Below, piece by piece: positions 55,605 to 64,000 of a stretch of DNA of 64,000 nt. A program made the translations under genes and the position numbers. Source of the stretch: an uncultured Microthrixaceae bacterium (GTDB taxonomy: Bacteria > Actinomycetota > Acidimicrobiia > Acidimicrobiales > VFJN01). A model generated the notes under the pieces. The model was not told the DNA's origin. It did not search any database and saw only the letters and a list, made by a program, of their open reading frames with translations. The stretch is from NCBI GenBank assembly GCA_963795165.1, contig CAWCGT010000002.1:94565-158564 (forward strand), written 5' to 3'. Each line of letters opens with the position of its first letter. Position 1 is the first letter of the stretch.

Positions 55605-57203
55605 TCACCCGGGGGCCAGACCGCTCGATCGGCGCTTGTTGGCGTACATGGCCGAGTCGGCCTGGCTGAGGAGGGCCTCGGCGTCGTAGACCCCGGGCGT
55701 CGACGTGGCGACCCCCACGCTGGCGTGCAGCGACAGCTGCCGGGAGCCGAAGGCGACATCCCCGTTGACAGCCTCCCGAAAGCGGTGGGCCAGAGCGGCG
55801 GCGGCGAACTCCTCAGCGCCGCGACGGCAGATCACCACGAACTCGTCGCCGCCCATCCGACCCACGACATCCTCGGCTCGCGCCGCCCCCCGCAAGCGGG
55901 TGGCGGCCACCCGGAGCAGCTCGTCTCCCGCTGCGTGGCCGTGCTGGTCGTTGACGGACTTGAAGCGATCGAGGTCGAGGTAGACGACCGCCACCGCCGC
56001 TGACTCGACCAAGGCCCGCTCCAGCGCCACCACCGTGGCCGACCGGTTGAGGCACCCCGACAGCTCGTCGTGGCTGGCTCGGTGCTCCAGCTCCTTGCGC
56101 AGTCGAGTGGGGTCGGTCACGTCGAGCGCGCACACGATGATCCCGTCGGGCTCGCCGTCGACGGCGTCCATGAGACGGAAGGTGAGCTCGCACCGGCGAT
56201 CTTCGTCCCCTCGTCGCACGCCCACCTCGAGGTGGTCAGGCACGCCTCGCAGGGCGGCGTCGACGGCACGGAGCACCCGCTGACGATCAGGCCGCGCCAG
56301 GTTCTGGGCCAGGTCGGCGATGTGCTTCACCGGGCCCAGGAGGGCAGCCAGGCGCTCGTTCGAGTACGCCACCTCCCGATCGGCCCGGATGTGGCAGACG
56401 CCGATGGGGAGCATGTCGGCCAGGCGCTCCAGCTGGCGCTCGCGGTCCCGGATGGCATCGAGCCGCGCTACCTCGTCGGAGATGTCGACCATCTCCGTCA
56501 GCACGCAATCGTGCTCCGGGTCGTCGAGCCGGCTCTCGTTGCTCACCTCCACCCACCGGTAGCGACCGTCGGCCTGTCGGTGCCGCAGCTTCAGTCGGCT
56601 GCTGCCAGCCCCGGCCCGCATCTCCAGCCAGCTGTCGATCGCTTGGGGGATGTCATCGGGGTGGACGAAGTCGAGGGCTCGCCGACCCACGATGTCCTCG
56701 GGGCGCCAGCCCAAGAGGGCGGTCGTGGCGGCATCGATCTCGAGGATCACCGCGGCCGCGTCCTTGCGGAGGTGAGCGACGGTCCCAGGACGGGTCGCCA
56801 GCTCTGCTGCCCAGGCCACCACCCGGTCGGGGTCGTCGTGCACCATGGTGATCACGTGGACGTCGTGGTCCATCCGCTCGTCGAAGAAGGCGATCGTGGA
56901 GTGGTTGGTGGGGTCGGCCCGGAGCCGCACCTCGAGCTCCACCACTGGCTCCTCTTGGGCGCGCGTCCAGGCGTCGATGAGCCGGAGCTGATCTTCGGCC
57001 ACCACCAGCTCGAGCCCGGAGGGCCCGGAGAAGGGCCGGCAGTCGTGGCCCTCCAGGGCGGGAGGAACGGGCACGAGACGCCCATCGTGGCCCAAGGCGG
57101 CCACCAGCACCTCGGGATGGCCCGTCAGGCAAGCCACCAGGGCAGGACTGAGCCCTGATGGGTGCATCGTCTCCACTGCTTCGCCCTGGGCTGCCGGCGT
57201 CAC
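55605..57203 (-). CDS. PAS-domain diguanylate cyclase
   Basis: FVHPDD PAS motif, HDELSGCLNR, DLDRFKSVNDQHGHAAGD, RAED I-site, GRMGGDEF. Confidence 0.93.
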   Translation of the reverse strand: MTPAAQGEAVETMHPSGLSPALVACLTGHPEVLVAALGHDGRLVPVPPALEGHDCRPFSGPSGLELVVAEDQLRLIDAWTRAQEEPVVELEVRLRADPTNHSTIAFFDERMDHDVHVITMVHDDPDRVVAWAAELATRPGTVAHLRKDAAAVILEIDAATTALLGWRPEDIVGRRALDFVHPDDIPQAIDSWLEMRAGAGSSRLKLRHRQADGRYRWVEVSNESRLDDPEHDCVLTEMVDISDEVARLDAIRDRERQLERLADMLPIGVCHIRADREVAYSNERLAALLGPVKHIADLAQNLARPDRQRVLRAVDAALRGVPDHLEVGVRRGDEDRRCELTFRLMDAVDGEPDGIIVCALDVTDPTRLRKELEHRASHDELSGCLNRSATVVALERALVESAAVAVVYLDLDRFKSVNDQHGHAAGDELLRVAATRLRGAARAEDVVGRMGGDEFVVICRRGAEEFAAAALAHRFREAVNGDVAFGSRQLSLHASVGVATSTPGVYDAEALLSQADSAMYANKRRSSGLAPG

Positions 57204-57334
57204 GAGGTCCCTCCCGGTTTCGTGCGTCTGTCATGAGCATCGACGGTTGGAACGCGCCCGTGTGGGCCATTTCTGCACGTCCGATCGGGCTACTGGCGTC
57301 CTAGTCACCCCTCACCGCGCCCTACCGTGGCGAC

Positions 57335-57829
57335 GTGGCCACCACCCCCGCCCCCATCTTTCGGCACCTGGACGACCCGGAGGTGCCGTGGCAGGAGGTC
57401 AAGCGGCAGCGCAACGCCGACGGCACCACCTCCTCGGTGTGGGAGAAGTGGTTCGCCTTCAGCCCTGACCCCCAGTACCTGTCCCTCTACGCCCGGTACG
57501 ACCCCGGGATGATCGTCCGGCGCCACGGCCACAACAGCCCCCACGTGGTGTACGTGATCGCCGGGTCGATCTGGTGCGACGATCGGCGCTGCGAGGCCGG
57601 CACCCACATCGAGCTCCCCCAGGGGGCGGCGTTCGGACCGTTCCGGGCCGGACCCGACGGTGTGACGATGTTCGAGGTGATGTTGGGCGACCCGCGCTCC
57701 TGGGGCGACCGACCCGAGGCTGTGGCGGCCCTTCGCGCCGAGCACAAGGTCACCGAGCTGCCGGACCCGGAGATCGACCTGCCCGCCTGGCTAGAGGACC
57801 AGCGGTCGCGGTGGGAGGTGGAGCCGTGA
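57335..57829 (+). CDS. Cupin-fold protein
   Basis: RHGHNSPHVVYVIAGSI, FGPFRAGPDG. Confidence 0.7.
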   Translation: MATTPAPIFRHLDDPEVPWQEVKRQRNADGTTSSVWEKWFAFSPDPQYLSLYARYDPGMIVRRHGHNSPHVVYVIAGSIWCDDRRCEAGTHIELPQGAAFGPFRAGPDGVTMFEVMLGDPRSWGDRPEAVAALRAEHKVTELPDPEIDLPAWLEDQRSRWEVEP

Positions 57830-58488
57830 CCGAGAACCTCGCCATCCCGGCCGCCACGGTGGTGCTGGTTCGCGACGGCCACGAGAGCCTCGAGGTGCTG
57901 ATGTTGCACAGGGTGTCCAAGGTGGCCTTCGGCGGGATGTGGGTGTTCCCGGGTGGTCGGGTCGACGACGGCGACCGTCTCGACGACGACGAGGTGGCCT
58001 GCGCCCGACGGGCCGCGGCGCGCGAGGCGCGGGAGGAGTGCGGTCTCGGCGTCGACCCTGACGAGCTGGTGGGCTTCTCCCACTGGGTGCCTCCGGCCAT
58101 CACCCCCCGCCGCTACTCCACCTGGTTCTTCCTCGCCCGAGCCGGTGCGGGCGAGGTGGTGGTGGACGGGGGGGAGATCCACGAGCACGAGTGGCTGGCC
58201 GCCCGGGAGGTGCTGGCCCGGCGCGACCGAGGCGAGGTGGACCTGGCCCCGCCCACCTGGGTGACGCTCCACGACCTGGCGGTCCACGACGACGTCGACG
58301 CCGCCCTCGGTGCCGCCCGCTCGCGCGTTCCGCTCCCCCGCTACGAGACCCGCTGGGTGGAGGTGGACGGCGGGGCGGTGGCCATGTGGGCAGGCGACGC
58401 CGGGTACGAGCACGCCGACCACACCATCCCGGGGTCCCGCCACCGGCTGTGGATGCTCGGGGACGGGTGGCGACTGGAGCGAACCTGA
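57826..58488 (+). CDS. NUDIX hydrolase
   Basis: VFPGGRVD...AAAREAREECG, RRYSTWFF. Confidence 0.9.
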   Translation: MTENLAIPAATVVLVRDGHESLEVLMLHRVSKVAFGGMWVFPGGRVDDGDRLDDDEVACARRAAAREAREECGLGVDPDELVGFSHWVPPAITPRRYSTWFFLARAGAGEVVVDGGEIHEHEWLAAREVLARRDRGEVDLAPPTWVTLHDLAVHDDVDAALGAARSRVPLPRYETRWVEVDGGAVAMWAGDAGYEHADHTIPGSRHRLWMLGDGWRLERT

Positions 58489-58491
58489 CCG

Positions 58492-59289
58492 TCAGGGGCG
58501 GGCCCGGTCCACCCAACGGTCGATCAAGGTGCGGGCGATGCTCATGCCCGGGGGGATCAGGGGCAGGTCGTCCGGTCGGAACCACTGGGCGTCGACGATC
58601 TCCGACTCGTCGATGACGATGTCGCCGCTCCCCCAGGTGGCTTCGAAGCCCACCATCAACGAGTGGGGGAAGGGCCAGGGCTGGCTGGCCACGTAGCGCA
58701 CGTCGGCCAGCTCCACGCCCACCTCTTCGCGAACCTCGCGGTGCACGGCGTCCTCCATCGTCTCGCCTGGCTCCACGAATCCGGCCACGCAGCTGTACAT
58801 GGGCACCGGGAAGGTCCGGCCCCGGGCCAGCAGCGCCTCGTCGTCGCGCTCGATCAGGGTGATCACCGCCGGCGCCAGCCGGGGGAACGCCACGAGCCCG
58901 CACACGGCGCAGCGGCGTGCTCGCTCCCCCGGAGCAGGATCGGTGGGGTTGCCGCAGCGCCCGCAGAAGCGGGTGGTGCGGGCCCACTCCACCAGCTGCA
59001 CGGCCCGTCCAGCCAGGGTCCACCGCAGGTCGTCGACGCTGCCGTAGAGCCCCATCAGCGGGACCAAGCCCTCGAGGGCGACGTCGGGGACGCCGTCGCC
59101 GTCCAGGTCGATGGCCCAGCAGGCCACCCCGTCGAGCAGACCGAGGACCTGTGCCTCAGCCCCCGGCGCCACGTCCTCGGGGTGCTCGTCGAGCAGCCGG
59201 ACCGCCCCGTCCCGCACCACCACGGTGATGGCCCCGGACCAGTCGTCAGGCAGCTCCAGCACCGGGACGAAGCGGGCAGGTCGGTTCAC
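58492..59289 (-). CDS. nudC: NAD(+) diphosphatase NudC
   Basis: FCGRCG, FPRLAPAVI, AGFVEPGE, SQPWPFPHSLM. Confidence 0.95.
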   Translation of the reverse strand: MNRPARFVPVLELPDDWSGAITVVVRDGAVRLLDEHPEDVAPGAEAQVLGLLDGVACWAIDLDGDGVPDVALEGLVPLMGLYGSVDDLRWTLAGRAVQLVEWARTTRFCGRCGNPTDPAPGERARRCAVCGLVAFPRLAPAVITLIERDDEALLARGRTFPVPMYSCVAGFVEPGETMEDAVHREVREEVGVELADVRYVASQPWPFPHSLMVGFEATWGSGDIVIDESEIVDAQWFRPDDLPLIPPGMSIARTLIDRWVDRARP

Positions 59290-60209
59290 GTCAGCACCCC
59301 TCCAGGTTCCACCAGGTCGGTGGCATCTTGTCCGGACCGGACCACCATCACCACACCCACGGCGATGAGGAGCCCGGCTGGCCAAGCCCCGGCCGGCGGC
59401 GTCTCACCGAACGCCACCCGGGCGATGAGGGTCGCCCCCAGGATCTCGAAGAGGATGGCCACCGAGACGGCGGTCGGGCTCAGGCTGCGAAGGACCAGGT
59501 TCACCAGGGTGTGACCCAGGAGCTGCGCCCCTACGACCAGCCCGCCGATGGCCAACCAGGTGTCGCCGTCGTAGCCAGCCAAGGGCTGCCCCGATGCCAC
59601 GCACAGGGCCAGGAGCAGCACGGCCGCAGTCGTGTAGCAGCTGAGGGCGTAGCCCACCGTCGACACCTGCCGGCGCACGTCGGCCCCCACCGTCACGTAG
59701 GCGGCGGCGAAGACCCCGCCGATCATCGCCAGCAGGTCACCGAAGAGCGCCCGCCCGGAGATGGAGAGGTCGACGCCGGTCAGCACCAGCGTCCCGGCCA
59801 GGGCCAGGGTGATCCCCGCCCAGGTGCCTCGCGCGATCCGCTCGCCCCGGTGGCGGGCGATGAGGGCCGCCCACACCGGTTGCGTGGCCACCAAGGCGAC
59901 CGATGACGCCACCGAGGTGAAGGAGAGGCTGGGCACCCACGTGGCGAAGTGGGCAGCCAGCAGCGCGCCGGCGAGGCGCGACCGCCGTCGGTCCTCGGGC
60001 GAACGGCTCGCCCACCCGGTCCGCTCCGAGCGGCGGACCATGAGCCACAGGGCGAGGACCGGCAAGGCGAGGGCGTTGCGCCAGAAGGCGATGGCCAGCG
60101 TCGGCGCGTCGGCTCCGGCGATCAACGGGGCGGACGTCGACACGGCCGTCACCGCCACCGCGAGCAGGAGCAGGTCCCCGACCGGGGGACGGTGGGGGGC
60201 CACGGCCAC
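59286..60209 (-). CDS. DMT/EamA family transporter
   Basis: About ten hydrophobic segments; AFWR, TSVASS, QLLGHT. Confidence 0.9.
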   Translation of the reverse strand: MAVAPHRPPVGDLLLLAVAVTAVSTSAPLIAGADAPTLAIAFWRNALALPVLALWLMVRRSERTGWASRSPEDRRRSRLAGALLAAHFATWVPSLSFTSVASSVALVATQPVWAALIARHRGERIARGTWAGITLALAGTLVLTGVDLSISGRALFGDLLAMIGGVFAAAYVTVGADVRRQVSTVGYALSCYTTAAVLLLALCVASGQPLAGYDGDTWLAIGGLVVGAQLLGHTLVNLVLRSLSPTAVSVAILFEILGATLIARVAFGETPPAGAWPAGLLIAVGVVMVVRSGQDATDLVEPGGVLT

Positions 60210-60270
60210 GACAGTAGGGTCGCACGTCAGAGCGGCGATCCAGGGGGACCCGAACGTGCCACCGGCCAGC

Positions 60271-61155
60271 GTGAGCGACGAGGTGCGGGAGGGCGCCCGA
60301 CTCCTGGCCCGCGTGATCGAGCCGCTGGTAGGGCAGGTGTACTTCTCGCCCGAGTGCCACGACCGCTACACCGCCTTGGGCTTCGCCTCCAGCCCTGGAG
60401 CCACCTCGGCCGGCGTGGCCCTCCCGGACGGCCCGGCCTACTTCACCAGCCGAGGTTCAGCCCTCGGCCAGGTCCCCGGCGAGGTGGTGTCGGCCGCCTT
60501 CGCCGTGTTCAACCCAGCGGTGGTGGTGCCCGCCGTCGACCATGGCTGGAGCCTCACCGACGCCTCCACCGTCGCCGCCGAGCGGCTGGCCGGAGCGATG
60601 GAGCAGCTGGAGCGCATCCTCGGCCCCGAGCCCGATGGGACCCGCCGGGCCAACGAGCTCCTGCAGAGGGCCATCGACCCCTTGCCGCACGCCGGGCGGG
60701 CGCTCTTCGCCGGCACCCTGGCCCAGCCCCTCCCGGGCACCCCCCTCGGCGACCTGTTCCGGCTGGGCGACCGGTTGCGAGAGCACCGGGGCGACTCCCA
60801 CACCGCAGCCTGGCTGGCCGCCGGCCTCGACGCCCCGCAGATCGGGCTCCTCACAGAAGCCTGGTGGGGCATGCCCTCCCGCAGCTACGTCCGCACCCGG
60901 GCCTGGAGCGACGCCCAGCTCGACGACGCCACTGCGGCACTCGAGGCGGTGGGGTGGTGGGCCGACGGCTCCCTCACCCAGGTCGGTCGTGAGGCCCGCG
61001 AGTCCATCGAGCTGGCCACCGACGCGCAGATGCAGCCCGCCATCCAGGCGCTGGGGCCCGACCTCACCGAGCTCACCGGCCTCTTGGCGCCGTGGGCCCG
61101 CGCCGTGATGGACGCCCAGGGCTACCCGCAGAGCCCGCTGGCCCTTCGCCTCTGA
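60271..61155 (+). CDS. SCO6745-family protein (second paralogue)
   Basis: QVYFSPE, YFTSRGSALG, FAVFNP, LREHRGDSH, TRAWS. Confidence 0.85.
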   Translation: MSDEVREGARLLARVIEPLVGQVYFSPECHDRYTALGFASSPGATSAGVALPDGPAYFTSRGSALGQVPGEVVSAAFAVFNPAVVVPAVDHGWSLTDASTVAAERLAGAMEQLERILGPEPDGTRRANELLQRAIDPLPHAGRALFAGTLAQPLPGTPLGDLFRLGDRLREHRGDSHTAAWLAAGLDAPQIGLLTEAWWGMPSRSYVRTRAWSDAQLDDATAALEAVGWWADGSLTQVGREARESIELATDAQMQPAIQALGPDLTELTGLLAPWARAVMDAQGYPQSPLALRL

Positions 61156-61202
61156 CCGGCCCGGCCGGCCCCAAAATGGGCCAAAAGGCCCATGCCGGGC
61201 CC

Positions 61203-61229
61203 CTCAAGGGCCTCGGGACGAGGGCCGAT
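61203..61229 (+). promoter_or_regulatory. FliA/WhiG (sigma-28)-type promoter
   Basis: CTCA(AG)-N17-GCCGAT, 38 nt upstream of the Flp pilin start. Confidence 0.55.
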
Positions 61230-61267
61230 CACCCCAGGGACGGCCCACAACCGATCTGAGGTTCGAG

Positions 61268-61456
61268 ATGGCACTGGCGCTTCACGTACTGCAGACCTGG
61301 TTCGACGCGCGCCGTTCCGCGGAGCGCGGCGCCACCGTCGTGGAGTACGCCATGCTGCTGGCCATGCTCGCCATCGTCTGCCTCGTGGCCGTCAACCTCA
61401 TCGGGGCCCCCGTGAGCACGGGCCTCTCCAACGGAGGCAACGGCTTCCGGCCGTAA
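61268..61456 (+). CDS. Flp family type IVc major pilin
   Basis: ERG|ATVVEYAMLLAMLAIV Flp motif, 62 aa. Confidence 0.92.
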   Translation: MALALHVLQTWFDARRSAERGATVVEYAMLLAMLAIVCLVAVNLIGAPVSTGLSNGGNGFRP

Positions 61457-61489
61457 TGCTGGTCGCCCCTCTTCGGGGCTCCGGGGCTC

Positions 61490-62392
61490 CTAGACGTCCA
61501 GGAAGCGGCTTACGGCGACGGCGGAGCCGATGGCGCCGATGATGACGGCGACGGCCACCACCAGCAGGTTGGTGAAGATGAGGTTGCCGTCGGTCACCTC
61601 GAAGCCCTGGAAGATCGGCAGGACCTTGTCCTGCGAGAGCTCGTCGATGAAGGGGCGGATCACAAAGGTCATCGAGCCCACCGCTACGGCCGCCCCCATC
61701 AGGGTCTGGATGATCCCCTCCACGATGAACGGCACCCGGATGAACCAGTTGGTGGCGCCTACCAGCTTCATCACCTCGATCTCCCGGCGCCGGGCGAACA
61801 TCGCCACCCGGATGGTGTTGAGGATGAGCATGAGGGCAGCCACCAGCAGCAGGACCGCTGCCAGCAGGAAGCGGACACCGATCTTGTTGAACGTCTCCTG
61901 GATCCGCTTCACCACCTCGAACGCGAAGACCACGTCGTAGACGCCGGGCTTGGCGGCGAACTGGTCGCCCAGGGCCTGGACCACGTCGGGGTCCTGCACC
62001 TTCGGCGCGATGCGGAAGGACGGAGGCAGGATCTCCGGCGACACCGTCTCGACCAGCTGGGGTGAGTCACCGAAGAGGCGCTTGAACTCCTCGTAGGTCT
62101 CGTCCTGGTCGACGTAGCTGATGCCGTCGTCCTTGACGTCCGGGTTGGCCTCGAGGTCGCGGCGGATGGAGTCCTGCTGCTCCTGCGAGGACCCGGGCTG
62201 GAGGTAGATGATGAACTCGATCCCGCCCTTGAAGCGGTCGTTGGCGTTGTTGACGCCCTGGTTCAGCATCACGGCCGACCCGAAGAGGGTGAGCGACACC
62301 ACCACGGTGAGGATCGACGCCACCGTGAGGGTGATGTTGCGAGTGAGGTTGGTCGCGGTCTCCCGCGCGACGTAGTCGAGCTTGATGGCCAT
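61490..62392 (-). CDS. ftsX: Cell division permease FtsX
   Basis: ILNTIRVAMFARRREIEVMKLVGATNWFIRVPF. Confidence 0.96.
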   Translation of the reverse strand: MAIKLDYVARETATNLTRNITLTVASILTVVVSLTLFGSAVMLNQGVNNANDRFKGGIEFIIYLQPGSSQEQQDSIRRDLEANPDVKDDGISYVDQDETYEEFKRLFGDSPQLVETVSPEILPPSFRIAPKVQDPDVVQALGDQFAAKPGVYDVVFAFEVVKRIQETFNKIGVRFLLAAVLLLVAALMLILNTIRVAMFARRREIEVMKLVGATNWFIRVPFIVEGIIQTLMGAAVAVGSMTFVIRPFIDELSQDKVLPIFQGFEVTDGNLIFTNLLVVAVAVIIGAIGSAVAVSRFLDV

Positions 62393-62406
62393 TGATCAGG
62401 TGGGGG

Positions 62407-63085
<679 letters not shown>

Positions 63086-63159
63086 GGGCGGAGCGAGGGT
63101 ACCAGTGCCCTCAACGGAGTTCGCGGCACTCCGGCGGACACCGGAACATTGCGATCACG

Positions 63160-64000
63160 TTACGAGGTGGCGGTGGCCCGACGCCATTGCAGGTAGGCCT
63201 CCATGAACGGATCGAGGTCTCCGTCGAGCACGCCCTGCACGTTCCCAGCCTCGTGCTCGGTCCGAAGGTCCTTCACCATCTGGTACGGCTGCATCACGTA
63301 GCTGCGGATCTGGCTGCCGAACCCCACCCGCTGCTGCTCGCCCCGGATGCCGGCCAGCTCGTCCTCTCGCTTCTGGCGCTCCAGATCGGCCAGACGCGCC
63401 TTGAGCATCGCCATGGCCCGGTCGCGGTTCTGGAACTGGGAGCGCTCCACCTGGCACGACACCACGATCCCGGTGGGGAGGTGGGTGAGCCGCACCGCCG
63501 ACGACGTCTTGTTGATGTGCTGACCGCCGGCCCCCGAGGCGCGGAACACGTCCATCTTGATGTCGGCGTCGTCCACCTCCACCTGCACCTCGTCCTCGTG
63601 GAGGACGGGCACGACGTCGAGGGCAGCGAAGGCCGTCTGACGCTTGCCCTGGGCGTTGAAGGGGCTCATGCGCACCAGTCGGTGCACTCCCCGCTCGGCC
63701 TGGAGGTAGCCGTAGGCGTAGCGACCCTTGACCAGGAACTCCACCGACGAGAGACCCGCCTCCGATCCGGGTGTGGAGCCCTCCTCCTCCACCTCGAAGC
63801 CGGCGACCCTCGGCCCACCGGACGTACATCCGGTAGAGCATCTCCGCCCAGTCCTGTGCGTCGGCCCCACCTTCGCCCGCCTGGATCGTGCAGAGGGCGT
63901 CGCGCTCGTCGTGCTCGCCAGAGAACATCGAGCGGAGCTCGAGGGCTCGCAGCTCTCGGTCGAGCGAGCCGAGGGCGGCGTCGATCTCCGGCTCCTGGGT
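63160..64000 (-). CDS. prfB: Peptide chain release factor 2 (5'-truncated by window, frameshift near 63810)
   Basis: [31 protein letters not shown]. Confidence 0.96.
   Translation of the reverse strand, partial: PRSRRSTPPSARSTESCEPSSSARCSLASTTSATPSARSRRAKVGPTHRTGRRCSTGCTSGGPRVAGFEVEEEGSTPGSEAGLSSVEFLVKGRYAYGYLQAERGVHRLVRMSPFNAQGKRQTAFAALDVVPVLHEDEVQVEVDDADIKMDVFRASGAGGQHINKTSSAVRLTHLPTGIVVSCQVERSQFQNRDRAMAMLKARLADLERQKREDELAGIRGEQQRVGFGSQIRSYVMQPYQMVKDLRTEHEAGNVQGVLDGDLDPFMEAYLQWRRATATS

Noticed and set aside
63790-63830. Frame change in prfB as the programmed RF2 +1 frameshift
   Set aside because: The programmed site is CTT-TGA near the N-terminus. This shift is mid-gene with no such motif, so it is probably an assembly error.

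Overview
High-GC actinobacterial chromosome segment; gene content and order suggest class Acidimicrobiia. Most of it is core housekeeping: murJ, pspA, a long minus-strand run tig-clpP-clpX-folC-ndk-mreBCD-mrdA-rodA-radical SAM pair-rne-rplU-rpmA-obgE-proB, six tRNAs, an ECF sigma/anti-sigma pair, rpe, a second clpP, mec-cysM-murI-rph-rdgB, smpB and tmRNA, and prfB-ftsE-ftsX. Many essential genes carry single-base frameshifts, most likely long-read indel errors, so I stitched gene boundaries by eye and they are approximate. The accessory features that stand out: (1) a SAM-I-like riboswitch (54568-54653) in front of an unrecognised 120-aa His/Cys protein; (2) a phosphotransferase plus AbiEi/DUF559-like cassette between rodA and the TIGR03960 gene, bracketed on each side by two REP-like hairpins (GAGGTTGGGGGCA-N25-TGCCCCCAACCTC); (3) about 9.2 kb of three TadE/TadG minor-pilin modules between rpmA and obgE, with a BldD-box-like palindrome in the first promoter, plus a distant orphan Flp pilin with a FliA/WhiG-like promoter; (4) an integrase-less islet bounded by a duplicated tRNA-Pro 3' end; (5) a mosaic of small genes and fragments downstream of tmRNA containing a 39-bp direct repeat. 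All family calls come from motif recognition by eye; no database search was run.
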